A DNA stretch of 64,000 nucleotides from Chlorokybus atmophyticus. Its lineage: Eukaryota; Plantae; Mesostigma and Chlorokybus algae. Positions 36,901 through 50,383 of this stretch are shown here, piece by piece. The stretch's first letter is position 1, and every line of letters starts with the position of its first letter. Made by a program: the position numbers and the translations under genes. The stretch is taken from NCBI GenBank assembly GCA_009103225.1, contig RHPI01001168.1, positions 531,053 to 595,052 of the forward strand, given 5' to 3'. The notes beneath the pieces are model-generated. The model made no database searches and had not been told where the DNA came from. It saw only the letters and a list, made by a program, of their open reading frames with translations.

Positions 36901-37652
36901 ACAGTCTATCGTATCACTTTAAGTTAGAACCACAAGTAAATATACATAGAACTATCCAATTGGAAGAGCCTATATTTACATGCAAGGCAGGACCGGCAGC
37001 AGACAATACAGCGTTATTTTTTTCATGATGTGTTTGCTCATTGTGGGTCTACGTAATCCGCCTTATGCATGTCCGGCTATTGTCGTCGTCGTCAGCTTTA
37101 TCTTCCCTTCAAAATGTTGCTGCGCAACAGCAGCTTCGTTTTCCTCTCACACGCCGGTTGGGACTTAACTGCAAAGAACGCAAACGCCACAAGCCGCTTG
37201 ACTGCTGAAAGGGTGATGTGCGCTGCGGCTCAACCCAACGGCAACGACAACGCCAGTATGGCGGATGTTTTACTTGCATGTTTGCTTTGTAGTCTAAGCA
37301 TAGCTGAATTAACCGTAACCATATGCCGAAAGTGTGGTCCACATAGACGCCCGCTTGGTTTACGCAAATTGAGGACGCGTTCAACACAAAGATAGCAACA
37401 ATTGAAGACAACATTAACTTCATATGCAGCGCTATGGACGACAACAATGACAAGGTGATAGTTTTCTACACCCAACACACAGCGCATCTCACACAAATGT
37501 CGTAGGCTTGCAAAGCCTGCAATGAACTATGGATGGGGAATTGGTGGGCTTGCGCGGGTTCCGCTCCAACATTACAAATAAGGTATTTGAAAATATGATT
37601 GGGGCTAGATTAAGTGATTATTTTCAAAAAAAAGCGGCTAAGTAATCAGAGA

Positions 37653-40600
37653 CACCGTCGCAAAATGTTTCCCCTGCCGGCCGATTGAATATTGGCAACG
37701 GCCGTGCACCTGAGGATACTTATCTGGACTATCGACCTTCAGTCTATCGGCGATTTCGATTTAGGAACCTGAGCATAACGGCCGTCACCATTAGTTGGCG
37801 GCCGTCTGCATAAAGGGACGGACCCTAATTAATAGGTACCTGTCAGGTACTCAACAGTTAAGCAAAGGGGACTTGACCTAACCAACAGGTAACTGACCGG
37901 TACCTGTCAGTTAGGTACCGGCAACTGTACGCTAATTGAGCGCAATTGTCAGGTACCTTAAGCTACCTACCGTACAATTATGTGTACCTTCAAAGGTACC
38001 TGCTGGTACCTCAGTCATGATTAGGTGTCACACGTGATTGTCGTCATTAGCTGTGCAAGAATGTGACAAATAATACAAAACAAAAAAACAAAATAAATTA
38101 CAGTGTAATATATTGAGCTACTACTACTACTGCTAGTACAACTAGACTACCACTACTGCTACCACTACCACTACTGCTACTACTACCTTATGTACTATTG
38201 CTAGTACTACCCTTATACTGAGCTGCGGCTCCTGCACCGCCCACTCCAGCTCCGCCGCCGCTGCCGCCGCCTGGCCTGGCCTAGCATGGCATGGCATGGC
38301 ATGGCCGCCCTAAGGCAAGGAGGGTGGCTAGATGGCATGCGGTGTTGCGCGTAGTACAACGTCAGACAGCAACTAAGCTGACCTGCTGTTAGCCGTTGCT
38401 GCCGCCGCCGCCGCCGCCGCCCACAACGCTCTGTTTAACTTCAAGCCGTTGAGCGTTTGAATAACTTGGGCAGCCCAGGTTATTAAAAAGCGTTGTCGAA
38501 ATGTGACTCGCAACGGCATTATCGTATTATTATAATGGTACGAAAGTACCATTCTCGCAATGGCACTATCGTACCATTAATATGGTACGATAGTGCCATT
38601 GCGACAATGGCACTGTTCATACCATTGACATAGTACGGCGGCTGCATTGTACCAGCGTCTCGACTTGCCGACCTTTAGGGACCGGCGGTCACTTGCTTAT
38701 CATACTTGACACACAATAAGTAGGTCGCCACCGCGTTAAGTGCACCACCGGCGATCGGCCGTCACTTGAAAAACGTGGTAAGGTCACCTGATAGGGATTA
38801 ACGGTGACTGGCTTGCCAAAGTAGGCAGGCCGTCACGCATACTTTTCGACGGTCAGGGTACGACCGACGGTCGGCCGTCACTGTATGTGACCAAAACGTG
38901 ACTTATCTGCTATACAGATAGATCGCCATCGCGCAAATGGGACGACCGACAATTGGCCGTCACCTTAAAGTGCGGTGTTGCCGTCACAGGCAGGCCGCCG
39001 TCGATTGTACTTATCGATCGACCGCTTGCCATCGGTATATGTTGCTTGATAGTAACGGCCGTCCTGAAAAGTCCCTTTCTGGACGAATCCGTTACGTCAA
39101 GTAGGGTCAGACAGGGTCAGGCACCCGTCAGTCCCTCAATCCCTTGTCAGTCACCGTGTAAAATGTGCAACGACATGAAGAGTTCGACAAGAGCCGTGAT
39201 CTGACTTTGCGTGACCTCGCCACAAACGAGAAACGACGCTTGGAAGCGTGATATGAAAGACATATGGCGCAGATGTCAGATTCATCAGCGTGTTTATGGG
39301 ATTACCATACGATTTCCTGGAGGCTCGGTGGTTTGGCGGCAAAGCTCTGTGAGGTAGGGGAGTAGATATTGTTGCTTTATTCGCCAAAATGTCGCAAACC
39401 ATTTAAGTTACAGATATTTAACGTGCCGTACGGCGCGCCAACAGGCTGAAGCTGCTTTGGCCATCATCGTATTGACGACACACCATTGTGGCAACCGCCA
39501 TTGGCGAACGCTACCTTCACAAAGAGGACGTGCGCCTGCAGATGTGTGGTACGCCCGCGCTTCTCTTGACCAACATGAAAGTTGGGCAGGAGAAGGCTAA
39601 ATTGGGCGTTGATGGCGCGCTATGGACGTTTAGACTTTGTTTACTCAATAAGTCATTAAAACGTTTTGCTGAGCGCATAATAAGGATGACTCATTTGCTT
39701 TGTTGGCTTTGCGCTGCGTTTGTGCTAACCATGCTGATGTGCACGCACACGCACATGTACGAGAGATCAACCATGCAGCTGCTGGCACACATACACACAT
39801 GCATCACATATTCGATGCTAGCATCGTCGCAAATTTTACACGGTGACTGACCAGGGACTGAGGGACTAACGAGTGCCTGACCCTACCTGACCGTACCTAA
39901 CCTAGACGACTTGGGCCATGAAGGGATTGACTAGACTGCCGGTGTATATTGTGGATAACAATCAATGGCCGACGGCCTATCATACAATATAATGGACTGC
40001 TGCTTGCCTGTCATGACCTGCTTGTATTATATGTCGACGGCCGACCGCCGGTCGTACGGCACCCGCGGCGGCGACCTACCTGTTATGGCAATAAAGTCAC
40101 CTCTCAGTCTCCTAATTTCGACAAATAATACGGAATATTTACGTAGTTAATACAACCGACCGCCGTTCGTATAGCATTTTACGACGGTGATGTATCAACA
40201 ATGGCAAGCAAGTGACTTATCAGTCCCAACTTAAGGACGAGCGATGGTGGTGAGTTACGACAAGTACCGATATATGATACGATGGAAGTTTCGTCTCAAG
40301 ACGATGGGCCATCGTCTTGAGACGAAACTTATCGGGTACGATGGTACCATTGATATAGTACAGCAATACCATTACAATGGTACCATTGTATTGGTACTTT
40401 TGTACCATTACAATAGTAGGATCGTACCATCGTAATGGTACAATGGTGTCATAAGGGAAATCGTTGAGTTTTTAAACTCAACGGCCCCCTTGTGAATTTA
40501 AACGCTAAGCCGCAACACAACGCTCAACTGTGCAAGTTGACTGGCGCAGTAAAGCGTTGTGCTGCGGCGGCCGCGGCGGCAAGTATGTGCTTGTGTGCTT

Positions 40601-40976
40601 GTGCATGTCTTGTCGTGTAGTGCGCAGCAGCGCAGCCTGACCGCCCTTCCACCCTTCGTGTTGCAGGGCGGCCATCAGGCCAGGCCAAGTGGCGGCGGCG
40701 GCGGCGGCCGCCAGCAGGTGCGCTGTCGTTGTTGTTGTTGTTGTTGTGGTGGTGGTGGTGGTGGTGGTGTGTATTTACTGTGTTGCGCCGCCCTACCTGA
40801 CCGCCCCTCTTTCCTCAGGACGGCCAGGTTAGGAGGGCGGAAGCAGCAGGCCAGCGGCAGCAAAAGACTTAGCGGCGGCAGATGGTAGTGTAGTAGGTAG
40901 TACTACTATCGTAGTAGTGTAGTAGTATACCGTAGTATGTTAGTAGTGGGGCTTGTACTTTGTAGGTGACAAGTAC

Positions 40977-41007
<31 letters not shown>

Positions 41008-41582
41008 GTAGTGTAGTAGGTAGTACTACTATCGTAGTAGTGTAGTAGTATACCATAGTATGTTAGTAGTGGGGCTTGTACTTTGTAGGTGACAAGTATA
41101 TATATATATATATATATATGACTGTGATGTAATCAAGTTGTGATATGTGATTGCCGTCTTGCACAATCGATGTCACACAAACGCGGTATCTACTCATCAC
41201 TGACGGTAGTTTAAGGTACCGTTAGTCATAACTAGGTACTTGGCTGTTAGGGACAGTTACCACAAAGTTGCCGGTACCTAACCAATAAGTACCGGTCAGA
41301 TGCCTGTTAGTTAGGCTAAGTCACCTTTGCTTGACTGATAGGTATCTTATAGGTACCGGTTAGTTATTACAAGTCCTTTTTGCTTGACTGATAAGTACCT
41401 GACAGGTACCTATCCATCTAAGTCAGTCCCTTTGTGTAAACGGCCGGGGACGGCCGTTATACTCACGTCTCTGTATCAAGATTACAGGTGGACTGAGCCA
41501 CGACAGTCCAAATGAGTATCCTCAGGTGCACGGCCGTTACCAGTATTTAATCAGCCAGCAGGGGAAACATTTTGCGGAGATA
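37653..41582. mobile_element. ~3.9-kb foldback (long inverted-arm) non-autonomous element of the same family as the 1-10705 transposon
   Basis: Arms 37653-39171 and 39826-41576 are diverged reverse complements (e.g. 39113-39171 vs 39826-39885; 37820-37925 vs 41265-41440); left end CACCGTCGCAAAATGTTTCCCCTG; 53-bp unit in arms; ~650-bp unique spacer. Confidence 0.85.
40882..41120 (+). repeat. Tandem duplication (~120 bp) including (TA)n inside the right foldback arm
   Basis: ATGGTAGTGTAGTAGGTAGTACTACTATCG...GACAAGTA(TA)n occurs at 40882 and ~41005. Confidence 0.9.
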
Positions 41583-42888
41583 TTGCTGTGTTACTGTATG
41601 CAGTGTATATGCAGCATGTGCTAGCAATAGTGTGTATGACCAGCAACAAATAGCTTGTCAACTTGTCAAGCCATTCCTCGTCTCATCATCGTTACCGAAG
41701 CTGACGACACTTGAAGTTCGGTATTGATGATGAGATGAGGAGAAGGCTCGTGGTGGATCTGGCAGGCCCAAGGTTTGAGGCGCTTTAGAGTAAAGGAGGG
41801 TACAGTATGTGTGGCGGTAAATGAAGATGTGCGCAATGCTTTGGCAAAGGTGAGTCAGGGGGGCAAAGGGGGGGGGGGGGNNNNNNNNNNNNNNNNNNNN
41901 NNNNNNNNNNNNNNNNNNNNNNNNNNNNNNNNNNNNNNNNNNNNNNNTGCGGCTTACTAAAGCCCCTTTAGGGGCGCGTGTATGTCTGCGCGCGTGTATA
42001 TGCATGTGATACAACACTGCCAAGGTGATGTTGATAGGTGCTAAGTGCGAGGAACTACGCGCTGGTACTCGGCATGCGTAGTCGGGCAAATGATGACCAT
42101 CGTCGAGTGCGTGCCACTCCATGGCTAGCGCTTGGCCTAACCTCTGCAGCAAAGGCTCTGCTTCAAGGCATAAGTTAGGCCTTCTCCATGCGCTGCAGGT
42201 TGTTGTTGCGTCTCGTCAGCCTGCTCTGCCTACGCCCACATCCTGCTTGGAGGGTCCAACTAAGATTGTAATTTTCTTAGGCGGTCCAAGTGGTGCAGTC
42301 TTAAAAAGCTTTGTCTTGACCCCTGCATAAGCTATTATTTGTCTTATGTGTGAGTGCATTTGCGTGTGTTTACACATTAGACCCCTCCTCCAGCTTGAGC
42401 TTTGTTGTTGATTATCATGTATGCAAATTATGTCACAACATGACTATGAAAGAGTGTGTGTAGATTTTACTATTATAAATGTTACTTTCATAAGTGCGAA
42501 CATTCATTGTTATATCCTTGTTAACAACTAAAACAATAGACTTTAAGTTCATTATAATTTGCATGTAACATACAAGTCCTGCTGCCAAAATTTGCCTTTA
42601 CCAGCTTCTTTAAGACTGCTTGTCAATTTGCCCTGCCCTTCGCCCCTCCGCCCCATTGAATGCACATAGCTAGCGCGCTTGCCTTTATCAGAGCGTGCGC
42701 ATGCCTACATGCTTGCTTTTCAATGCATGTTGCTATCATGCTTTGTGTTGGGTGTGCCTTTCTTCGCTCATGCAATTAGTATAAAATAGATCATACGATG
42801 CTATTAAATATATGCTGTTCTAAGTCGTGCGTGAAACACCAATTGTGCCCGTTGACTTCATTACGTTCATAATCTGAAAGCATTATCT

Positions 42889-43040
42889 CGTACAACAGGG
42901 TGCATGCCCTTGCTTGCACCATGTTCTGAGTGTTGGGTCTATGCACACACATTCATGGTCTGAAGGCCTTGTGCCGTACAATAGGGTACATGCCCTTGCT
43001 TGCACCCTGCCCTCAGTGTTGAATCTATGCACATATCGTC
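42889..43040 (+). repeat. Diverged tandem repeat, 86-bp period, ~1.8 copies
   Basis: CGTACAA(C/T)AGGGT(G/A)CATGCCCTTGCTTGCACC at 42889 and 42975. Confidence 0.75.
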
Positions 43041-44483
43041 TACCCTCAATATGGTGACCTGGTGTATCGAGACATTTTATCACTACACGAAGATGTTGTT
43101 ACTTTAATGTAGCAAGAGACGATCACTACAGCGCATTAATGCTATACAATGGCAGTCTGTTATTGCAACAAGGGGTTTATTGGCAGAATATAAATATACG
43201 ACATTTGGTACATAGCATGTAAAATATTCATTGATCAAGAGCCAGCCATCGCTATGCAATGACAATTAATCACGACATGCCATTTCATGTAGTGACAACC
43301 GATCATTATAGCGAGGTATGTAACCCCTAATCAATGCGATTATATATAGTGACGGTCCCCATGCATCGATTGTCCTTACAGAGAGTGTGATAGTCATTAC
43401 GAAGGTGAAAAACTGCGTCATGTAAAACGATTAATCCGCAATTTGTCACTACTGAGGGTGTCGTAAGAACGAGTGTGACTACAGCGAGGGTAGCCTATAC
43501 CTGCATGGTAAATCAGAATTTGTGATCATCGTGCTGCGGCGTCATCGCGTCGTGACTCGTACATCTCAAGCCTTCCACAACATGCTCATAACCACAGAAG
43601 CAGCTTATGTCGGTAAACAAACTTACCCTGGACTCCAACGAAGAAACTTCCACGGCAGAGTCACAAAACTTTGCCTTCGGGCACGATCTGTCGTCCAGCA
43701 GCAGTGGCGGCGTCAACGGCGTAGCTGGCATATATGGGCTCAGCGTCTACAGCACGAGTAGTCCTTGCAGCAGCAGGCCTTCAGGTATGTACCAGTTGTC
43801 TGGCGTTGCTTGAGCTTGTGGTTCTTCCGCTGCGCCGCGCACCTGCACCGGCAGCTGCAAAGAACACCACTTATACTGCTTGATACTACAAGCAGGACCT
43901 ATCTGTCCCTCTGCAACAGCATGCTAGAGCAAAAGTTGTCCTGTTGATGCCGTCTGATCGGTCGTATGAGGCCACTCATCAAATTTATCATTATGTCAGA
44001 TCAGCACAGCTCAACTAAGCCACACTACGTCGAGCTTTCTATTGCTTGCATGCGGCAATTAGCTGTTGATCAGTCAAGGGTTTTCGTTTGGTATATCATG
44101 GTTGTGACTTGAGCTCTTACAGAGCATTTTGGGACGGCACTATGCATGTCTTTGACGGGTGGTTTGCGGCATGACCTGGTAACAAAGCTAACACGTCGGT
44201 CATGCATACACCTTTTTCGAACCCCTTTTCGTCAAACCCTTTTCAAAACACTCATTGCCAGGCTGAAAGCCACTGGTTGTCACACTGGCCAACAATTGCA
44301 GCAAACCCGCGCTCAGCTGTGTACTTGTTAGATTAGGCTGTCGGTTATTTTGGAGTGTAACGAATATCAACCTGCTTCTTCCTGTGACTCCTCATAACTT
44401 CAGCTGGACTATATTATAGTATGTTGGTGGTTTGCAGCCCCTTGGGCGAGGCTGCTTGCGATCCAGCAGCACAACTCTTGGTT

Positions 44484-47312
44484 ATGATGGTGGAGGAGGG
44501 AGAGCTACCGCAGTCTCCCGACGGTGGGAATCATGCAGAGTTACTGAACTTGCCGGTGGTGCTGCTCAGCCACATCCTATCTTTTCTTCACGACCCTGAT
44601 GACATTGCAGCAGCTGTCCGTAGCTGTTCCACGCTGCTGGCAGCAGCATCGACAACATCATTTGAGCTTCGCATCATCCCTGGATCAGGGATATCACGCC
44701 AGATAAGGTGAGTGAACCGATCAATCTGTTTAGCGGTGTGTGTGGTGTGGCATTTATGACCTGATATATCTGTCGTGTACTGCGCGCAGTGAAGCCGGAC
44801 GCCAGGTTGGAGTCAGCACTGAGGTCGTGCCGCTGCAAGATCAGTTGAGGTTTGTCAGCAAGCATCTGCATGGCGTGCTTTCGTTGGACTTGACGGGCAC
44901 CATGGTCCGAGATGACGAAGTTGTAGGCACGGTCAGCAGCCTGCCGCACCTGCAGCAGCTCATCCTCGACAGCTGCCAGAAACTGTACGTGCCAGGCACT
45001 GACTTTTGCACAACTTTCTCCCAAGTGTGTATCCATCTTTGTGTCTATGCGAGACTAAACGTGTCTATGCATGTGTGGGCGCGTGCAAATGCATGTGTCT
45101 GTGTGTATGGGCGTGTACATGCTCACATGTACACACCCGTGCGCATGATTACAGGGACCTCCTGTTGTACTAGCAACGCAGCGGTAATCCGTCCTTACGT
45201 TGCTCTGGCTTAGATATTCAGTGCACCATGATGCTGTTGTAGGACCCATGGCGTTGTGGAGTTCTTGGCGCGGTTCTCACAGAGCGGTAAGGGCCCGGCA
45301 GCTATCTCCATGCAACGCTGCTTGCGTCTCTCCGCAGCCGCTGCGCTCGAGCTTCTGCGCAGCTGCCAGAACGCTAGGTCTCGCTTAAAGACGGTTTTGC
45401 TAAGCCATCTGGATCCCGTGGACACGTCGTTGTGGCAGCAGCCACTGTACTTGGCACCTTCACCCGGCTGTGCTGTGCCCACGGCTGGCAGCACTCTGCG
45501 TGTGCTCGCCTTGCACAATTGCATGAATCTACTGACTGCTGACACTCTGGTGGACGTGGTGAGTTCAGAGCTTGCGGTGTTGGTTCTTCCTTGTGAGTAC
45601 TTGTGTTTATCTGTCTTGCCACTGAGGTCTTGACTTGGCTCTTGCATGCGTCCATGAGGTTGTCAACCATCATGTTGGGTGCAGGCGCTTGGATGCCCTG
45701 TGCTGGAGGGCCTCTTTTTTGGGGGTTCGGGTTGGGCCTTGGTTCATAGCGGGTCCAGTCCAGAGCAATTGAATCAGGCCATTGATGCTCTTCTTTCTGC
45801 TGTGGCGCATTTTGCGCGGTTGAGAGTGTTGGAGCTCACCTTTCATTTGAGCGATCTGATACGCGTGGTAAGGTCAGCATTGCAAGACAAGGGGCTGGAT
45901 GTGTGGGATCTGAGCAGCGCGCAGTGCGTGTGCTCGCTGTATGAAAGGGCTATGAGCAGTCAACGAGTAGACAGTCTCTTTCGCACACCCGATTGGCAAC
46001 TCGCGCTTCGTGCCGCGACTCATTGCTCCAATGCTCAAAGGAGGACACCCTTGCATATAGCCGCGCTGTTTGGGGAAAGAAAAGCCGTTGAAGCCCTTCT
46101 CCACTTTGGAGGCGGCGTCGGCATAAACTCGCGAGATACGCGAGGTGCTTCGGCGTTGTTCCTCTCCACCGAACAAGGGCACGCAGATGTGGTCGATGTG
46201 CTGCTGCAGAAGGGTGCCAACATGTTGCTGAGGAACACCGCTGGCGAGTCACCCCTGTACATAGCGGCTTTGCGGGGACACACTGCTGCGGTGGCTGTGA
46301 TGCTTTACTATTGTAAATTACGGCATGACGACTGGCAGAATGCTGAAGTTTATGGCGATGGCTGGTGAGCAAAGCTCTTGGCAATCTCTGTTGTTCTGGC
46401 TTGCATGCGCCACTGTTTCTTACTAATAGTGTTGGCATATTTGACCTGTGTCGTGCAGGACGCCATTGATGGCTGCAGCTGTAGCGGATCGCCAAAGTGT
46501 TGCCAAGCTACTGTTAACTGCAGCTGGGGCTAAAGCAGGTTAGTACCTAACGTTGGAAAAGGCACTTGTGATTATTTGCAATGCAAGGAGGCTATCGCAT
46601 GAACCTTGGTATGCCAACAGCAGGTTGCGCAGCTGAGGTTGAGATGGACGAGGCACGTCCAGGTGAGTATTTGTTAAATGTCACAGGTTGTGCGAGGCCA
46701 TGCCTGTATCACACATCTTGCATATGGCCAGTTGCTCTCCTTTTCGTGCCCCCCAAAGCGCTTGGCAGCTCATGTCTATATGTTGTAGCTAAGCACGGTG
46801 TTCTTGCAGAAGAGCATCTGGAGTTGCAGCGCAATGCATCTCCAGGCTTGGCGGGGAGCAGCACGCTGCAGCGCATGTTGGCAAGTATACTTCAGGCGCG
46901 ACGCGGCGGCCCGCAGCCGGCGCAGCTGCTCGACGCACGGAACCGATACGGTCAGACCGCGCTCCACATTGCTGCGCGGCGCGGGTCTCTCTGGTTTGTG
47001 GAAGCGTTGCTGCGAGCCGGCGCTTCTGTTGGCGTGCGTGACACGTATGACATGCGCGCCATAGATGTCGCCTTGCATCATGGGCACATGCAAGTCGTGG
47101 ACTTGCTCAAAGCTGTGACCCAAGCTGAGGCGCTGCCTGCGGTTCATCAGCAGCCTGTTGTGCAGCCTTCCCAGCCTTCCCAGCTTTCAGTGCAAGCGAA
47201 CAACAGGCCTGCGCCGAAGCCAGCACCCAAAAAATCCGCGCCACGCCGCAATCAGTCTTCACGGCCAGCGCAACAAGCTCGCCAAGTATGGCGACCGCGC
47301 ACGCAAAGTTGA
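44484..47312 (+). CDS. F-box / LRR / ankyrin-repeat protein
   Basis: F-box LLNLPVVLLSHILSFL; LRRs (LSLDLTG, LQQLILDSCQKL, LRVLALHNC); ankyrin repeats (RRTPLHIAA, GASALFLS, GESPLYIAA, GQTALHIAA); spliced. Confidence 0.85.
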
Positions 47313-50300
47313 TACGCTGCTTGGCTGGTGTCACATGGATGTCATTCAAGCGCCAGCTGCCACCTGGGCAAGAGCAGCAGATACTGGGGCTTGCTCGGTC
47401 GCCATCTTTGCGTGCGGCTATTGTGCTCACCCATTCAGCTGCGCTGTGTGTAAGCTTACTGACTAGGCAACAGCACGCGTTGCCTAATTCGTATGCTTGT
47501 CATGTGGGGTTGTGTTTGCGCTGCGTTGCACAATCTAGGCCTTGGGCGATTGTGTGTACTGGGTAGGCAGCTACGCATGCTAGCATATGATTGCATGCTC
47601 AGTCTGTTCCATCATGCTGTCATGACGCACACATGCATGCACTCATGTCAGTTCGAGCAGCATGCATACTTGCAATAACCTTGCATCAACACCGCCAGGC
47701 TATGCTGTATGTGCTACTTCATCTGCGCACTCAACACACCAGCTGAATGTGTCATGCTTGGGTTGACCCCCCCCCTGCATGGCGTNNNNNNNNNNNNNNN
47801 NNNNNNNNNNNNNNNNNNNNNNNNNNNNNNNNNNNNNNNNNNNNNNNNNNNNNNNNNNNNNNNNNNNNNNNNNNNNNNNNNNNNNNNNNNNNNNNNNNNN
47901 NNNNNNNNNNNNNNNNNNNNNNNNNNNNNNNNNNNNNNNNNNNNNNNNNNNNNNNNNNNNNNNNNNNNNNNNNNNNNNNNNNNNNNNNNNNNNNNNNNNN
48001 NNNNNNNNNNNNNNNNNNNNNNNNNNNNNNNNNNNNNNNNNNNNNNNNNNNNNNNNNNNNNNNNNNNNNNNNNNNNNNNNNNNNNNNNNNNNNNNNNNNN
48101 NNNNNNNNNNNNNNNNNNNNNNNNNNNNNNNNNNNNNNNNNNNNNNNNNNNNNNNNNNNNNNNNNNNNNNNNNNNNNNNNNNNNNNNNNNNNNNNNNNNN
48201 NNNNNNNNNNNNNNNNNNNNNNNNNNNNNNNNNNNNNNNNNNNNNNNNNNNNNNNNNNNNNNNNNNNNNNNNNNNNNNNNNNNNNNNNNNNNNNNNNNNN
48301 NNNNNNNNNNNNNNNNNNNNNNNNNNNNNNNNNNNNNNNNNNNNNNNNNNNNNNNNNNNNNNNNNNNNNNNNNNNNNNNNNNNNNNNNNNNNNNNNNNNN
48401 NNNNNNNNNNNNNNNNNNNNNNNNNNNNNNNNNNNNNNNNNNNNNNNNNNNNNNNNNNNNNNNCCTATTGTGACCCTCTACTATCGTTGCCATGTCAGCG
48501 TTGGCTGAGTGGTATAATATATATATATATATAATAAATAGAGTGCAATGGATTGTGGCACGCATGAGAGTGTGACACACACATGCATGTCCCGCATTTA
48601 ATGTACATGCATGAGCAGTCTACTCACCAATCCTTGCACTCTATTTATTATACCACACCATGAAGCACTCTCATGATGTGCACTATGCCTAACCGCACAC
48701 ATCACACACAACCATATATGCACACATCAATACGTTGCGCGATCACTGCGTCCGTGTCAGTTGATGAAGGGCCTGACCATTGGACCACAGTCTGGACCAC
48801 TGCTACAGTCACCGCAACTCCATGTTCCAGTTGTGGAAGATTCCATGGTCAAGGAAGCATTGTCTGAGCGAGTTTGGATATGGTTTCCTGCTCGATTTAG
48901 CAATGTGTGTGATGTCAAGAATATATGCGGTGGCCATGGCAGTGTAGTGTGCTTACGTAAAGGATATTTTGTGTCTATCAAGAGCCGCATCATGGTACAA
49001 GCACTGCATGGACCTCATAGCTGGTGGCAAGCGGACTTACAACAAAGCTAGGAAGCAGCAAGGTATATACAGTGGGGCCTAGGCTATGTGCGTGGCTTCG
49101 GGTTGCTGACGACACTCTGGGGTTGTGGCAGGTGCGTTTGCTGCTACCTCTACTCAATCTTCCTCTCCTCCCTTGCTGCCGTTGCACTTAGTGTTGTTCT
49201 AGCCTAGGCCCCTTGCGCCTGGTGCTGATGTATTGATGAGATTGGCTGTGTGTGTGAGCTTGTGCGTGGCTGGTGCATGGGTGTGTACTAGAGAGCACTG
49301 CATTGCACACCACCTGGCCCCTACTACTTGCTACCTGGCCCCTCAAGTGCTCAGATTTACACATACAATGTGCTTGAGGACTCTGATCTCATCAGGTTGA
49401 CGAACGGCAGACAGTATCAGAATCAGTATGCATAGGCTTTCCGATATGTATGTGCATGACATTGCGCAATGTTTCGGGTGGCCAAGCAGCATTTCGACAG
49501 GCTTGAGCCACCCCAGCACTAGCGCTAGCAGCTACCAATATGCAAGGTACCTGTGTTATACCCTATGGTACGGGTGCATGTATTCATGCGCTTAAGCAGC
49601 AACAGCAAGATGGTTAGCACAAAAACCAAACCGGCCAACCTCCTCACCCTGCCTCCTGTACGGTCACCAATGCACGACTGAGCGCCCATTACTGTATGCC
49701 CCTCTCCTGCTACACCTTGCACCACCACATCCCTCCCACCGCACACCAGCTAGAGGTTGTAGATGAGGTGTGAAGCTATAACCCCCCAGTCAAGTTATGC
49801 AGGCGCCTACCCTTACTGGCGTGTGTTTGTGCTCACGCTACTTATTGTACATAGATACATTGCTTGCATACCTTTCATGCCATATATCGTATCCTCTGTA
49901 GCTCACCACATTGGAGGACAGCAGCAATAGCTCTCGTCAATGAGACCTTTGTTTACATTGCTGAGATCACGTGCGTGGAGACCTGATAGGTGACGGACTG
50001 TGTTATGAATGTCTTCAGCTGGCGTTATATACACCATTATTGGGTACTTCAATCTCCTTCTCTACTTCACTCTACAGATAGGGATACACACATGTGCCAT
50101 GATCTCTATGCCCCCCCCCCCCCCTAAGATATTGCTANNNNNNNNNNNNNNNNNNNNNNNNNNNNNNNNNNNNNNNNNNNNNNNNNNNNNNNNNNNNNNN
50201 NNNNNNNNNNNNNNNNNNNNNNNNNNNNNNNNNNNNNNNNNNNNNNNNNNNNNNNNNNNNNNNNNNNNNNNNNNNNNNNNNNNNNNNNNNNNNNNNNNNN

Positions 50301-50383
50301 NNNNNNNNNNNNNNNNNNNNNNNNNNNNNNNNNNNNNNNNNNCCCCCCCCCTCTAAGATATTGCTACGGCTCTGCAATCCTTC

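Noticed and set aside
36980-37500. Possible transposase remnant (AGVYVDHTFGIW)
   Set aside because: Single weak motif with no supporting DDE context.
40559-40888. Poly-Pro/Gln/Gly/Cys ORFs
   Set aside because: Products of (GGC)n, (GTT)n and (GGT)n microsatellites inside the foldback arm.
43513-43950. Short ORFs upstream of the F-box gene
   Set aside because: No recognisable motif or consistent splice chain.
48673-50100. Possible LINE ORF1/endonuclease remnant (TIIGYFNL resembling GDFN)
   Set aside because: Motif too weak and fragmented between gaps to support a feature.
50111-50367. Direct repeat CCCC(C/T)CTAAGATATTGCTA on both sides of a gap
   Set aside because: Most likely an unmerged contig overlap at a poly-C run.
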